A DNA stretch of 64,000 bases from Lingula anatina (taxonomy: Eukaryota; Animalia; Brachiopoda). The position numbers were made by a program, and so were the translations under genes. Positions 62,059 to 64,000 of this stretch are shown here, piece after piece. How positions within the stretch are numbered: position 1 is the stretch's first letter; each line of letters begins with the position of its first letter. Where the stretch lies: contig CM120640.1 in the NCBI GenBank assembly GCA_051362555.1, positions 62,784,788 through 62,848,787 on the forward strand, read 5' to 3'. Under the pieces are notes generated by a model, which was not told where the DNA came from, did no database searches, and saw nothing but the letters and a program-made list of their open reading frames with translations.

Positions 62059-64000
62059 TTTTCTCATATTTTTAACCCGTCAAAGTTCTGTTTTAAATAA
62101 TTTTTGCAGTAATTTATCTCTATGTGGCATGTAGAAGTATATCTGTTGTTGCGATATAAGCATTGCAGCATTTTTATGAATCAAGAATTCAAATAAAAGA
62201 GTTGAACTTGTACACATGGTTTAGAATGACAACTTGTTTTAAACAGGAATCGGTCCAAAAGATGATGTCGTGTAAAGGAAGACGTATTCGCTGTTTATGA
62301 AGTCGGGCACTCAACGTTCAAAGCTGGAAAATATTTTCGATGTTAACTAGAATGTGCGTGTTTATGCTTAAGTGGAGCAACGGGAATAACTTTTCTGTCT
62401 GTATTTTTCCAGCTTGTCTAGTATTAAATCTGAATTCATCATAAGTTATTGTTTGTTTTACAGTTAGTAAATTCGCTATTTAGTGCAAAGGATGTTTCAT
62501 GAATGAAAAGGGCCTTGTGTGAGAGGCAATACGAGCCAAGGAAAATATTTTAAACAACACTCCCCTTGCACTGTCTCTTTAATGTAGTTATCTGCTCTTG
62601 TTGTCGGGGTAGGGCAATTTGATAATGTATTTTTCATTATCTATTTCTGTGAAGATGTTGGTAATCATACACATAATTTAGTGAAAAATCAACAGTCACT
62701 TAATGTATGTAACGGTATTTGTAAGTTGTGATGCTGAAATCTTCCTGAAACTGAAACTAAGATGGGGTAGTTCTGAAATTAGCGTGCGTCAGATAAAGCA
62801 ATCAGTTAATAATTGACTTTATTTGTTGTCCTTCCGTTACTTTAAGGTGCTTTTATGTCCCGCAATTTTAAACAGGGCACTTCTTTATCTGTAAACAAAA
62901 CGATAAAGGAAGTGAATCTGAAATGTTTGTCATCAGTCGGGGGTTATCACTTACAAAAGTTATAGTTTATATTGTGCTGTGGGACAAAACGTCTTCATGA
63001 ATAGATATTTTGGCCAAAAACTATTTTGCATTTCTTCATTGACACCTTCGGTGTTATGCAGATCTGATATTTATGTTTTTATGTTGCACGTAAAGTATGA
63101 TAAATAAAATTTTAAGAAAAATGAAAGTATTCGTCTCTTATTTCGTTACCCGCACTGCTGTCATTTCAGGATTAAATTGACTTCCATTGCGATATTAACT
63201 AATAACAACTTGACACTGCCTGTGTTGGCTTCCATACAACATCTTGATGAGAAATTACGCACTAAAATAATTCGTTTAAGGTGGTTTTTGGGATGACCGC
63301 AAAAAAGCATTTTAAAAATTATTATTTGTCACTTTGTTGCCCTCACTTCGTCACACCAGTGGGGTATAAGAAAAGCACAAGCCATTGATTTTGATACCAG
63401 AGGAACTGAAATCAGAGGGAATGTCAAAACAAAGGCCCTTAACAGTACAAAAAATCGAATTTCCTTAATGAAAATGTTTCCTAATGTACAGCCCCTCCCC
63501 CTACACACATCAATCAAACTCCTCAAAATAGCCTTTACGTTTACTTCTGCAATCTATCCTTTTTTGATTGTGGCTTTTATAAACAGGGATTGTCGGTGTA
63601 ACATTTTGTCCAATCTCTAAAAAACAATCATTTCATATCGATCTCATGAAAGGGTATCACTCCCATCAAATGCGTGTAATTACATTGTAAGTCTCATGTG
63701 CCAGTGTGTCGACGAGTGCCCTTTAATTGCATTCCGTTTTCATTCAGTGGTTCAATGTACAGGAACCTTGTAAAACGGCAGGTCTTAAGAGTTCATCATC
63801 ATTGTTGGCAAGCCCAAATACCATAATTTGTACAATGTTTTATCACTATAAACGATTAAGTTTTGACATTCACATTTCAGTTGGTTGCGCTATACTACTA
63901 TCTGTGGCGTTAAATGCCTATCACAGCACAACGGATTGACGCTTGCTGGTCCTCTCGCACGATTGCATGTTCGCTACTTAACGTGTAAAATTGACAAAAG

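Noticed and set aside
1-64000. Prokaryotic-type systems (CRISPR arrays, operons, defence islands) and the remaining short ORFs in the track
   Set aside because: The sequence is clearly eukaryotic with spliceosomal introns; there is no regularly spaced repeat-spacer array, and the other short ORFs are antisense shadows, exon fragments or random.

Overview
AT-rich, intron-containing eukaryotic DNA from an invertebrate animal. A lophotrochozoan/mollusc-like origin is inferred from gene style and repeat types, not proven. Gene order: SYAP1 (minus strand, BSD domain, 3' end probably runs off the window) head-to-head with PSMG1 (plus, 6 exons) across a ~306-bp bidirectional promoter. Next is a ~40-kb gene-poor, CpG-rich regulatory domain holding two tandem, same-strand achaete-scute (ASCL1/ASC-a class) bHLH genes 17 kb apart. 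Then come a small secreted Gly/Tyr-rich structural protein gene and CYB5R4 (plus, 14 coding exons). Several non-autonomous DNA transposons, local duplications and microsatellites are present. The most interesting system is the two-gene achaete-scute cluster and its readable regulatory code: dense Hes/Hairy/E(spl) sites at both promoters, a perfect 16-bp E(spl)-type palindrome in an intron, introns just after the stop codons, CTCF-like sites between the paralogs, and a 3' UTR carrying the Brd-box/K-box/GY-box miRNA triad known from Drosophila Notch target genes. All exon boundaries and motifs were read by eye; no database searches were run.
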